From positions 64,001 to 128,000 of IMG/VR virus record IMGVR_UViG_3300045988_145100: DNA of 64,000 nucleotides, one strand, 5' to 3'. Source of the stretch: a virus. The notes under the pieces are model-generated. The model was not told where the DNA came from. It saw nothing but the letters and a program-made list of their open reading frames with translations, and did not search any database. Shown in pieces: positions 40,826 through 49,961 of this stretch. Both the position numbers and the translations under genes were made by a program. Within the stretch, counting starts at the first letter, position 1; every line of letters begins with the position of its first letter.

Positions 40826-41158
40826 GCGAAATCCGCACATAAAACTGCACAAATATTTTCCCATAACTTTGTGCATATTGTCTATTGCAATATCTGCCTC
40901 AAAGTATTATACTATTCAATGTAAGGAACAGAGAAAAGCAGATAACAAATGAGATTGAAAACAAAGTTTTTCAGAAAGTTCTTGACAAATAAGTTACAAA
41001 ATGTTATAATAACAATGTAGAAAGGAGTTGACAATTATAAAAAAATATGTTATCATATAAATATAGAAAGGGGTTGAGTTTTATGATTGTTACAATTGTT
41101 TTGGTAATTATTTGTTTCGGCGCATGTTCGCCAAGAGTTTAGAAAGTGAGGTAGCTGT

Positions 41159-41299
41159 ATGATTAAAGTTTATACAAGAGTAAAAGGATTAATGTATGCG
41201 GAAACGCTTGAAGAAGCAAATAAGTTGATTGTAAAGTATGGCGGATTTAAGGTTCTTCCTAGCTTGGTACAGACAGTTTGGGGAAAGAAAGTGAGGTAA
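41159..41299 (+). CDS. Small ORF, 46 aa
   Basis: SD aaagtgaggt; MIKVYTRVKGLMYAETLEEANKLIVKYGGFKVL... Confidence 0.25.
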   Translation: MIKVYTRVKGLMYAETLEEANKLIVKYGGFKVLPSLVQTVWGKKVR

Positions 41300-41350
41300 T
41301 AATATGATAGTAGATGTAAATACAACAATTGCCGCAAGAGGTATGATAAT

Positions 41351-41512
41351 ATGAAAGTAAATAAATCAAAAGAACATGCAACAGTAAGTATTAGAAATCT
41401 TTTTGTAGGACAGACTTTTACTGCTCCAAGAAAAGAATATGGATATCTAAAAACTGGTGGTGAGATTGGATACTATATGAAAGTAGACCAGTCAAGCGGA
41501 TGGATTAACTAA
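41351..41512 (+). CDS. Small ORF, 53 aa
   Basis: SD gcaagaggt; MKVNKSKEHATVSIRNLFVGQTF... Confidence 0.25.
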   Translation: MKVNKSKEHATVSIRNLFVGQTFTAPRKEYGYLKTGGEIGYYMKVDQSSGWIN

Positions 41513-41655
41513 TAGCTTAAAACAGAGTGAAGATTTAGCTGTTAATCTTGAGACCGGACAGCTCCGCAAGTTTGATAAGGATTATCGAGTTACAGAAGTA
41601 TCAACAGAGTGCAATGTTGTAGATGATTAATTAAGAAAGAAAGAGGTAAAAAATT

Positions 41656-42036
41656 ATGGAAAAGAAGATTACTAAATTACAGGTTATTGAAGCAATGTTA
41701 AATGAGGAATTTATTCAGGATAATGAGATGTATAAGACATATCTCACACATGAGAAAGAGTTGCTCCTTAACAAGAGGAATAAGAACAGCAAGGATAATG
41801 AGAAGAAGTCTGCTGCGAATAAGGCTCTGACAGAGAAGCTGTTGGAAGTAATGAAAGATGTAAGCGGAACTGCTACCCAGTTGACTTTCACACTGATGAA
41901 AGTTTACCCAGATGACGCAGATGTTATGGCATTAACTAATCAGAAAGTTACTTATCTCTTAAAGGAACTCGCGCAGGCTGGTACTATCAAGAGAGAAGAA
42001 ATTAAGGGTAAGCCTATCTACTCTTTAATTGAATAA
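41656..42036 (+). CDS. Putative winged-helix DNA-binding protein, paralog A2
   Basis: Shares its N-terminus and overall architecture with the gene at 36745. Confidence 0.45.
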   Translation: MEKKITKLQVIEAMLNEEFIQDNEMYKTYLTHEKELLLNKRNKNSKDNEKKSAANKALTEKLLEVMKDVSGTATQLTFTLMKVYPDDADVMALTNQKVTYLLKELAQAGTIKREEIKGKPIYSLIE

Positions 42037-42080
42037 TTGCGGGCGGGGTAATGCTCCGCTCCCTTAAAAGGGGTGTTTAA

Positions 42081-42419
42081 ATGAAAAATGAATTTTGCGA
42101 GGATTGCGCAGATAAAAATATTTGTAATGGAGATTGTCCATATTTTGAAGAAGAACAGAAAGAACTTGAGGAAAAAGCTAAGAAAATTAAGATAGACCAC
42201 GGCGCAAAGGCAGAAAAGTCTGAGAAAAAAGAGAAAAAACCTAAAACTGTTAAGGTTTCTGATGAAAAAAAGGAACTTTTTGATATGATTTATGGCGGTT
42301 TGATTGATAATTATGGCGAAAATGTGGAAATTCTAAAAGAAAATAAGCTAATCCAGGTTAAAATTAATGAAAAAATCTTCAAAGTGGATTTAATTGAACA
42401 GAGAATGAAGAAGTCCTAG
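42081..42419 (+). CDS. Hypothetical Lys/Glu-rich protein with an N-terminal Cys cluster, paralog B2
   Basis: CEDCADKNICNGDCPYF; C-terminus similar to the gene at 37179. Confidence 0.4.
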   Translation: MKNEFCEDCADKNICNGDCPYFEEEQKELEEKAKKIKIDHGAKAEKSEKKEKKPKTVKVSDEKKELFDMIYGGLIDNYGENVEILKENKLIQVKINEKIFKVDLIEQRMKKS

Positions 42420-42464
42420 TGGCTTCTTCTTTTGTGATGTCATGTGACTATTAAATTAGATATG

Positions 42465-42525
42465 TAAAAGAACGGGCTGTGCCCGACCGACAAAGTCGGA
42501 ATTTTACCACCTTCTACCCTTAGGG
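42465..42525. terminator. Bidirectional terminator between convergent genes
   Basis: Hairpins cgggctgtgcccg and ccgac-aaa-gtcgg, with T-runs on both sides. Confidence 0.5.
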
Positions 42526-42629
42526 CAATTTTCCGAGGGAAAAAGTCATTATCTCACTTTTTCCCATGTTCCCGAAACCCGCATATACTCTTTAGGGCTT
42601 GATTGTGAAGGAAAAAGCGACCTTGCCGC

Positions 42630-43283
42630 TTAATCCTTGTTAGCTCTCCACTCTTTTACTAATATAGGCATTGTATTATATTTCGCTTTAAATCTCTCAA
42701 GTGCGCACTTATAGAAGCTTTTTTCTTGAGAAATATCTTCTCCCTGTTGTTCACGATAGAATGCTTTGGCAGCAGCCGCTTCATCTATTCTTTCTTCTTT
42801 CAGTATATTGCGCCAATCAGTGAGGACTTCCGCAGATAATGGTTTATATGTTTTATAATCTACCCATACCTGGTGATTATTAGTTACGCCATATTTATCA
42901 AACGGTTCCTTTACATATCTCTCTGTTACAGAGCGCTGAGAATAATGACCATATCTCTCTCTACCGAAAGAAGAAATAGCTTCGCGCGCAATTTTAGATT
43001 TACTATTAGGTTTAAATTCTGTACCTAAAGCTTTAATAGTAAAATCTTCATAATCTTTCTTCTTTTGTTCTAAGTTACACTTGCGAGGTAATTTTGGAAT
43101 AGATTCGGGCATCTCTCCTTTTATCTCATAAGTGTAACGACCTCTTTCAGATTTTATTTCTTTAATATCCATAAAATCTTGGAGATGATTTAATAAATCA
43201 TCATGTCTTCTTTTCCAAAGCTCTAAGGTTATAGAAGGATATTTTTCTTCTAATTCCCTTCTTGTAAAATAACGAATTTCCAT
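42630..43283 (-). CDS. Hypothetical regulator-like protein on the opposite strand to its neighbours
   Basis: Start ATG 43281-43283 with SD aaggag (the track ORF extends to 43397). Its upstream region carries large inverted and direct repeats. Confidence 0.45.
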   Translation of the reverse strand: MEIRYFTRRELEEKYPSITLELWKRRHDDLLNHLQDFMDIKEIKSERGRYTYEIKGEMPESIPKLPRKCNLEQKKKDYEDFTIKALGTEFKPNSKSKIAREAISSFGRERYGHYSQRSVTERYVKEPFDKYGVTNNHQVWVDYKTYKPLSAEVLTDWRNILKEERIDEAAAAKAFYREQQGEDISQEKSFYKCALERFKAKYNTMPILVKEWRANKD

Positions 43284-43379
43284 TTTTATTTTCTCCTTTC
43301 TTTTATATCCGTCAATATTATTCCTTTTTTGTAAAAGAGACCTTATCTTCTTTTGCCCAAAAAATTTTGTTTTTAGGTA

Positions 43380-43560
43380 AAAGTGGTTTTGGGGCAATTT
43401 TTGTGTATATCTATATAATTAACCACCTACACAAAAATTGCCCCAAAAATGCGAGTGAGAGAACTACAAGATACCTGTATTTTCCCGAATTTTTGTCCTA
43501 GTCCTTAATTAACCACCTACACAGAAATCAGGGAAAATACAGGCCTCCCAAGAGAGAAAA
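43380..43560. repeat. Two large inverted repeats (17-bp and 13-bp perfect arms), each enclosing the direct repeat TTAATTAACCACCTACACA
   Basis: ggggcaatttttgtgta/tacacaaaaattgcccc and cctgtattttccc/gggaaaatacagg; the direct repeat sits at 43418-43436 and 43503-43521. Confidence 0.55.
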
Positions 43561-43693
43561 ACAAGTATATAACTTTTTAAACATAGCTTGACAAAAATAA
43601 CATAACTTTTTATATCTCACAAAAGCAATCGTATTGCGGGGATATGAAGGACCCTCCGCATCTATTAAATTTTATATCGCGCGATTGCCGCGT

Positions 43694-43722
43694 TTGATAT
43701 TTATAAAAATTTATGTTATAAT
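43694..43722 (+). promoter_or_regulatory. Consensus sigma70 extended -10 promoter
   Basis: ttgata-N17-TGt-tataat. Confidence 0.6.
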
Positions 43723-43752
43723 ATATATATAAAAGAAAAGGAGATAAAAAGT

Positions 43753-44082
43753 ATGAGTAGTAAAACTATTGAAGAGATGTTAGATGCAGGTATGAGTATT
43801 TCAGACATTATGAGAAAGGCTACAGAGATTAAGAAGAAGAAGGATGCGGAGATTGACAGGTTTAAGACAGAAAGAGATAATCTTATCAATTCTATCGTTG
43901 CATACTTTGAGGTTGTTACAGGTAAGAAGGATATGGTTAGTTCTGCTAATATCGTTGAGTTAAGAAATACATTAATTGAAGGTGAGAAGCTTCTTGCTTC
44001 ATTAGACAGCGTTAAGGCAGTAAAGAAATCTTCAGATTTAGATGATGATGCAATTAGAAATTTTCTTAGGGGAGTTATGTAA
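43753..44082 (+). CDS. Hypothetical protein, 109 aa
   Basis: SD aaaggagat. Confidence 0.45.
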   Translation: MSSKTIEEMLDAGMSISDIMRKATEIKKKKDAEIDRFKTERDNLINSIVAYFEVVTGKKDMVSSANIVELRNTLIEGEKLLASLDSVKAVKKSSDLDDDAIRNFLRGVM

Positions 44083-44159
44083 TATACCCTCCCCGGGATA
44101 GACGATATTCGTCTTCTTAGAATTTCAATCGAATAATAAAAAGTTATATGGGAGATAGG

Positions 44160-44335
44160 GGTTGCACACTACACAACCTCTATTTTTATTGTATTTTAAT
44201 ATATTTTTATTATTACACAACCTCTATTTTTGTTATTTTTATTGTATTTTAATATATTTTTATTATTGCACAACCCCTATTTTATTACATTTTAATTAAA
44301 AAAATATAAACAAATACAATCCCTATTTTTTTAAA
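44160..44335. repeat. Three tandem copies of an AT-rich repeat of about 53 bp
   Basis: (t)tgcacaacctctatttttattgtattttaatatatttttattat repeated with minor variation. Confidence 0.6.
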
Positions 44336-44384
44336 ATGTGTAACACTTTAAAAATATCACATTTATCTAAAATCCCAACAGATT

Positions 44385-44478
44385 CATTCATTTTTTATAT
44401 TTTAACTTACCAATATATATATACTTATATATAGGTAAGTTAAAATTCATTTTCTAGGTAAATCTGTTGGGATTTCAT
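44385..44478. repeat. Imperfect palindrome of about 95 bp centred on (AT)n
   Basis: cccaacagatt...ttttaacttacc-aatatatatatacttatatata-ggtaagttaaaa...aatctgttggg, with outer 11-bp and inner 12-bp perfect arms. Confidence 0.55.
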
Positions 44479-45198
44479 TCAAATAACCGTTAGGTTATTT
44501 GATACTAACTTAAATTCATTTCTTGTAACAAGAGTTCCCTTAACAATTTGACAACCTAATTTCTCTTGTAGCTCTCCTAAAAATAACATAAAATTATTAC
44601 CTTTCATATTAGTTAATTCACTTAATACTTCCCATGCATCTTCTTTTCTAATCTCTCCAGATTCAACCATTCCCGCAACTAAAATCTGTTTTTCATCAGC
44701 ATTTCCAAAATATTTCTTAATCAAATTCTTTTTAATATTCTCTTCTTCTTCTGACAATAGCTCATACTTTCCATCATCTCTTTTTTTACACCAAACATAA
44801 ACGCAACTGCCGATTTCCCCTTCTCCACAGAAAGGTCTTCCATATAATTCATTTCTTCCTTTAGTTGTATAAACATATGCGGTTGATGGTTTTACTGGAA
44901 GTTCTTCTCCATAAAAACTAACTATTTGATTACTAACATTCTTACAAGAGTCCAATCCATTTTTACTCCAAAAGTCATTAATCTTTTCTTTAATCATATC
45001 GTAAGGTCTAACTCCTTTCTTATATATAGGATTAATTATTTCATCTATAAAAACTCTTTTTCCTTCTAAATGATATTTAAAATAATTATTATCTAATTCT
45101 TTTAAATATTCTTTCTTTCTAGTATTAAAACCTCTTTCAGACATTCCCATCCATGCGGCAATCTCTTTATTTGTCATTTTACCTAATTTTAATTCCAT
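44479..45198 (-). CDS. HTH-containing protein, candidate regulator or iteron-binding protein
   Basis: N-terminus MTNKEIAAWMGMSERGF is HTH-like; 239 aa; adjacent to AT-rich tandem repeats and a palindrome. Confidence 0.4.
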   Translation of the reverse strand: MELKLGKMTNKEIAAWMGMSERGFNTRKKEYLKELDNNYFKYHLEGKRVFIDEIINPIYKKGVRPYDMIKEKINDFWSKNGLDSCKNVSNQIVSFYGEELPVKPSTAYVYTTKGRNELYGRPFCGEGEIGSCVYVWCKKRDDGKYELLSEEEENIKKNLIKKYFGNADEKQILVAGMVESGEIRKEDAWEVLSELTNMKGNNFMLFLGELQEKLGCQIVKGTLVTRNEFKLVSNNLTVI

Positions 45199-45545
45199 TT
45201 TACAAGAACCTCCGTATTCTAATATAAATTTTTATAAAAAGAGTCACAAACTTTTAAACTATTATATATCTAGAAAGTTAAAAATTTGTGACTCTTTTTA
45301 TACTTTTCTACTTTTACATTTATATTAGAATATTCTTATATATAAATATGACACTTTTGCCCAAATTTATAAAAAGAGTCACAATTTTATTTTAATAAAG
45401 TCTTATTTTAATAAAGTCGATGCGAACAAGTTCGCATCTCTAAGTTTTGAATTTTAAAATGAGAATTCGGGATTAAAAGATTTCCGCTTCGCTCCAATCT
45501 TATTAATCCTCTCATTCTCTTTAAAAATTCAAAGTAATATCTTCT

Positions 45546-45788
45546 TTAATTAGGTAAAAACTTAATATAAGTTCCTCTCATTCCCGCGCTTTTAACTTCA
45601 AAAACTCCAATCAAATCTAATTTTTTTAACATACTACTAATACTTGTGCGGGAAAGGTGTATTTCATCTGCAAAATGTGAAACATTTACACAAGTTTGTT
45701 CTCCTTGAACAAGTTTCTTTAAAATTGCTTCATATGCCATATATTCATTAGGAGTTAATATCTCCTTTACTGTTCTTTTGTTACTCAT
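45546..45788 (-). CDS. Winged-helix transcriptional regulator
   Basis: 80 aa; ...IHLSRTSISSMLKKLDLIGVFEVKSAGMRGTYIKF, a MarR/Crp-like recognition helix and wing. Confidence 0.5.
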   Translation of the reverse strand: MSNKRTVKEILTPNEYMAYEAILKKLVQGEQTCVNVSHFADEIHLSRTSISSMLKKLDLIGVFEVKSAGMRGTYIKFLPN

Positions 45789-45802
45789 TTATTTTTCTCC
45801 TT

Positions 45803-46006
45803 TTATTCAAAATCATCTGGGTCAAGATGTTCATATCTAATTTCACTATCATACCATGTTTTTATACCATATTCCGCGGAAGCTGCTCTTCCTACTTTTT
45901 CAATAATTATACCTATCTTTTCTCTATTCTTTTTAACATCTTGAAATCTTTTTTTTAAATAATTAGGTTTCACACCTAATTCTTCTGCTAATTCTTCTAA
46001 TGTCAC
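45803..46006 (-). CDS. Small HTH DNA-binding protein
   Basis: 67 aa; MTLEELAEELGVKPNYLKKR. Confidence 0.45.
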   Translation of the reverse strand: MTLEELAEELGVKPNYLKKRFQDVKKNREKIGIIIEKVGRAASAEYGIKTWYDSEIRYEHLDPDDFE

Positions 46007-46405
46007 GCGGAAACCCTCCTTTAAGTTTCTTCAGTCAAGATTAAAGTTTCGCCAATCTGCGGTTTCCGCTCAATCTTCTCTGTTGGTTTATACATTTCAT
46101 TACAAATGCATCTATTATCTATATGAACAATGTCTTTTGTACAAAAGCCATTGGAACTTCTATATTTACAATTTATATCACAAGCAATTATCATTCTTTA
46201 TTTCCTCCTTATAATAATATTATATCAAATTTTTTCTTTTTTTTCAAGTGGATTTCTACATTTTCACTTGCAGATAATCGTCTTTGTCCGAAATTAAAAA
46301 ATCCTTCGTTTTCCCTAATTAACCTTTATTTTTCTTGCTGCGGCTGTTGGGTCTATAAAATTCATGATAGACCCCTATAAGTTTCTTTAAAGAGCGCTTC
46401 TCCGC

Positions 46406-46434
46406 TTGATTTTTATAAAAAAATATGATATAAT
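46406..46434 (+). promoter_or_regulatory. Consensus sigma70 extended -10 promoter
   Basis: ttgatt-N17-TGa-tataat. Confidence 0.6.
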
Positions 46435-46465
46435 TTATGTAGAAAAGTAAAAGGAGGACATATTT

Positions 46466-47011
46466 ATGCAGGCAAATGAAAAAGAAATGTGTAAAAAGGC
46501 TAAAGAATTATTCACAAAGAAACATAAGCCAACTATTGATGAAGCATTTAACAATGCCGCAGAAAGTTTTGATGTACTCAAAGATAAAATCACAGAAATG
46601 CGCGATTCTTTGAAAAATTTAGATGAAGAACTTTATAAAAATAAAGAAGTAAAAAAGTTAAAAGAAGACCTCCTTCAGACACAGGCGGAATTAGCAGAGT
46701 ATAAAGAGCGTTATTACAATAGCTTCTCCATTACAACATATGAAAATTATGGTTTAGAAGAATGGTGGCAGCATCATAGAGCGGAAGCACATATACAGGA
46801 ACGTGGAGAATCAACTTTAAAACCAAAAGATAGATTCTTTGTATTTAAACCAGGTATTAATGGAACCGTAGCTACTTGCTATTGTGCTAAATGCGCAAAG
46901 ATATTATATTATAACCATAGAGATTTAAACTATGATGAACTTTTAGAATTAATGCGACAAAAGGGTGTTTCATACAGAATAACTAAATATCCTTGGGAAG
47001 GAGAAAATTAA
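46466..47011 (+). CDS. Coiled-coil / zinc-binding protein, tandem paralog 1
   Basis: 181 aa; C-terminal CYCAKCAK cluster. Confidence 0.45.
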   Translation: MQANEKEMCKKAKELFTKKHKPTIDEAFNNAAESFDVLKDKITEMRDSLKNLDEELYKNKEVKKLKEDLLQTQAELAEYKERYYNSFSITTYENYGLEEWWQHHRAEAHIQERGESTLKPKDRFFVFKPGINGTVATCYCAKCAKILYYNHRDLNYDELLELMRQKGVSYRITKYPWEGEN

Positions 47012-47508
47012 TGTCAGGAACCTGTTTTATTAATAATAACCCCACTAAAGTTATATATACAGAAAAAGAAGTAGATGAATCTCTTTTTCAGCTTGAGTGG
47101 AATATGAAGAGACTTTTAAAAGAAAATAATGAACTAAATGCAGAAAATGAGTCTCTTAAAAGTGAGCAATATAAAGACGCGGAACTCTCTAAATTGAAAA
47201 GTGAAATAGATAGATTGAGAAGAATCTTAAATCAGTCTTTTCCAGTAAATGAAAGAGAAAAAGAATCAATAAAAGAATGGTATAAGGAACATAGCGATAA
47301 GATGCATAATGGAAGAGATTTTAATTATGTATATGAATTTACTCCAACAGCAATAGCTACTTTTGGAGATTGTATTTGTACCACTTGCCGCGGAAAAGCT
47401 AGACAGAAAGCTATTATAAACGATAAAAATGGTTTAAGGATAGAACCAAATATAATAAAAGATTATCTTGATAGAAGTGGCGGAGACTTTCAATTTAAGA
47501 TAGAATAA
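46993..47508 (+). CDS. Coiled-coil / zinc-binding protein, tandem paralog 2
   Basis: 171 aa; C-terminal CICTTCRGK cluster; overlaps paralog 1 by 19 nt. Confidence 0.45.
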   Translation: MGRRKLMSGTCFINNNPTKVIYTEKEVDESLFQLEWNMKRLLKENNELNAENESLKSEQYKDAELSKLKSEIDRLRRILNQSFPVNEREKESIKEWYKEHSDKMHNGRDFNYVYEFTPTAIATFGDCICTTCRGKARQKAIINDKNGLRIEPNIIKDYLDRSGGDFQFKIE

Positions 47509-47536
47509 GCGGGGTCTTATACTCCGCTTTATTTTT
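47509..47536 (+). terminator. Rho-independent terminator
   Basis: gcgggg-tcttata-ctccgc followed by tttattttt. Confidence 0.55.
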
Positions 47537-47590
47537 GTAAAAATTTATGTTATAATATTTATATAAGAAAAGGAAAAGAGGTATATAAAT

Positions 47591-48294
47591 ATGACAACAT
47601 TATTAGTAGAGGATAAATTAACAAAAGTATTTAATGAAATTGTAAAAAAGTTCCTGAGAAATTTGGTTGGGATGAGTATAACACAGAAGAAGAGAATACA
47701 GCAGTAATTTCAGAAGCTTTAAGAGATGCTAAAGTTGCGGGAGGCGCATATCGTGGTGCAACTAAAGCTGTTGCTGTTGTTTCAGGTTGTAGTTCTGTTC
47801 TTAAAGTTCCTTATTCTGGTAAATGGGACTATGATGAATCAGTAGACTGTGATTATTTTACAAGATTTGAAGGTGCAGATAATTCTGAAGACCATAACTG
47901 GGACTATTGTTTAACAGAATATGAAGTTTATGAAGCTGCAAAGGAAAATGGATTAGATATATTTTTCCCAAAGACAGAAATCATGGGAGAATGTGAATCT
48001 GGCACGATTATTAAGCAGGAAAGGGTATTAGACTTTTATGAATACTGCCCTATTTCAGAAGATGAAACAATAGAATTTGTTAATTCAGATATAAAATATT
48101 ATGGTTTTGCAGATTCTCAGTGGGTTGCCGTAGCTATTGAAAGATATGGAAAAGCTATGGTTGATAAACTCATTGACTTTTTAGAAAATAATTTTCCTAT
48201 TGTAGTTAAAGATTTACATAATGGAAATATTGGTTTTAGAAAGAATGGTGAGCCAATTATCCTTGATTTTTCGGGCTGGAATGAAGACTGTTAA
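47591..48294 (+). CDS. Hypothetical protein that needs a -1 frameshift at A_AAA_AAG (47644-47650) to be made full length; the zero-frame product ends at 47707
   Basis: ATG 47591 has a good SD. The zero frame stops after 38 codons. The -1 frame is open and coding-like from 47649 to 48294, and has no start with an SD of its own before ATG 47983. Confidence 0.45.
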
Positions 48295-48333
48295 TTTTAA
48301 AAATTATGATATAGGAGGCTATAAAGATATATA

Positions 48334-48507
48334 TGGTCAATACAGTATTAGGTATAGGTATAATAGTTAGTGCTATTATGTTATTAATCTGTTATATTAT
48401 AAGCTGTATAACAACAAATGAAATTATATATAAAGTTTCAACTGGTTTAGCTGTAGCTTCATTAATGTTTATAATGGGCTTTAGTTTAAGTTACGCTGGA
48501 AATTAAA
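48334..48507 (+). CDS. Small membrane protein, 57 aa
   Basis: SD ataggaggc; two hydrophobic helices. Confidence 0.35.
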
Positions 48508-48535
48508 ATTAAAAAGGAGTAGTGTATAAAAATAT

Positions 48536-48910
48536 ATGAATGATAGTACTTTATTAGCGATAATAATTTTGATTACTATGATTATAATAGTAACAATTTT
48601 AAAGTCTGAAGGAAGAAGAATATTTGATTTCTTATGGGCTGTTTGGATTATTTTTGTAGGATTCTTAATTTCATTGGACTTTGTAAAAGGAGAATATTCA
48701 TTAATATTAGAAGTTATTTTCTGGATTGCTGCAATCTTAATCTTATGTTTTGTATTAGCGGCTATTATTTTTTTAATATTATCTTTTATTTATGGTAAAA
48801 AGAAAGATGAGAAAAAGGAACATAAAAGCATAAAGATATTTTATCTATCTTTAATTATTGCTGTTTTATTAAATATCATACTACAGATATTAGGAATATT
48901 TATTAAATAA
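48536..48910 (+). CDS. Multi-pass small membrane protein
   Basis: 124 aa with four hydrophobic segments. Confidence 0.45.
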   Translation: MNDSTLLAIIILITMIIIVTILKSEGRRIFDFLWAVWIIFVGFLISLDFVKGEYSLILEVIFWIAAILILCFVLAAIIFLILSFIYGKKKDEKKEHKSIKIFYLSLIIAVLLNIILQILGIFIK

Positions 48911-48922
48911 AGTGTGCGGAAA

Positions 48923-48950
48923 GGAGGCTCTTATGCCTCCTTTATTTTTA
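48923..48950 (+). terminator. Rho-independent terminator
   Basis: ggaggc-tcttat-gcctcc followed by tttattttta. Confidence 0.6.
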
Positions 48951-48996
48951 TAAAAAAATATGATATAATATTTATATAGAAAAGAGAAAGAGGTGA

Positions 48997-49446
48997 ATGA
49001 ATATGATATCATTACATACTGCACAAAGATTATCTCGAGAGAGTAGTGAGATAACTCTTACAAGAGCAGATAAGCATTTCTTAAAGAAATGTGAAAAAGA
49101 AATAGATAGTGAAATTCTTGCAGCTTGTGATATCAATGAACAAAGATTGTTTATTAAAAGTCTTCTGGTAATTGATAAAGGCTGCTCAGATAGTACAACT
49201 ACAAGTTCTAAAAAGTATTTAAAATACAAAAAACGATTTGAATTATTTCTAACTTTATTAGATAAATATAAAATACAAGGATATAAGATATCTTATACAG
49301 GAGCAACTTATGAGAAATATTATGATTATGATTTTCTATGGGATTCATATCGTTTAAAAGGAATAATTACTAATTTTGAGATTAAATGGGATAAAGACTA
49401 TAATCCTATATTATCTGATAATTTGATAGAAAAATATGAAAAGTGA
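48997..49446 (+). CDS. Hypothetical protein
   Basis: 149-aa ORF downstream of a consensus promoter. Confidence 0.45.
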   Translation: MNMISLHTAQRLSRESSEITLTRADKHFLKKCEKEIDSEILAACDINEQRLFIKSLLVIDKGCSDSTTTSSKKYLKYKKRFELFLTLLDKYKIQGYKISYTGATYEKYYDYDFLWDSYRLKGIITNFEIKWDKDYNPILSDNLIEKYEK

Positions 49447-49456
49447 GGTAGTTAAA

Positions 49457-49654
49457 ATGGCAAGAGATAGAGAGATAGTATGTCAGTATTATATCTGTGA
49501 AGGTCAATGCTCAAAAGGTAGAGAAGGAACATTTAGAAAAGCTTGTCAACATTGCGGCAAGTATTTACCTAAGCGTGGAACTGCACCTGCAAGGGTAGAC
49601 AATCGCCGCAGAAAACTTGAAAAATATTCTAAACACGAAAGGAATGATTATTAA
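49457..49654 (+). CDS. Small Cys-rich protein
   Basis: Start ATG 49457 with SD gtgaggt; CQYYICEGQC...CQHCGK. Confidence 0.4.
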   Translation: MARDREIVCQYYICEGQCSKGREGTFRKACQHCGKYLPKRGTAPARVDNRRRKLEKYSKHERNDY

Positions 49655-49902
49655 TGGAAGAAAATAAAGTAATTACATTATCTTCTCTTGTGGAGTATAT
49701 TATGTCCACAGTACAAGTTTCAGATATGCACATTTGTTTTGTATCAATTAAAACAGATAGAATGTGTAGTCTTGGTTCAGTTAAGAAAGAAGGGTCCAAG
49801 ATTAAATATACATTGCCGCAGTATATAGAAAATGAAAATGCATTTTTGGTTGCTGCATGGTCGTATAATGCATCAACTAACATTCTTACTGTGCGCTATT
49901 GA
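49654..49902 (+). CDS. Hypothetical protein
   Basis: 82-aa ORF with an ATGA overlap. Confidence 0.4.
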   Translation: MEENKVITLSSLVEYIMSTVQVSDMHICFVSIKTDRMCSLGSVKKEGSKIKYTLPQYIENENAFLVAAWSYNASTNILTVRY

Positions 49903-49961
49903 TATTTTTTAAATTTTTTGATATAATATATATAGAAAATAAGAAAAGAGAGGTAACGCAT

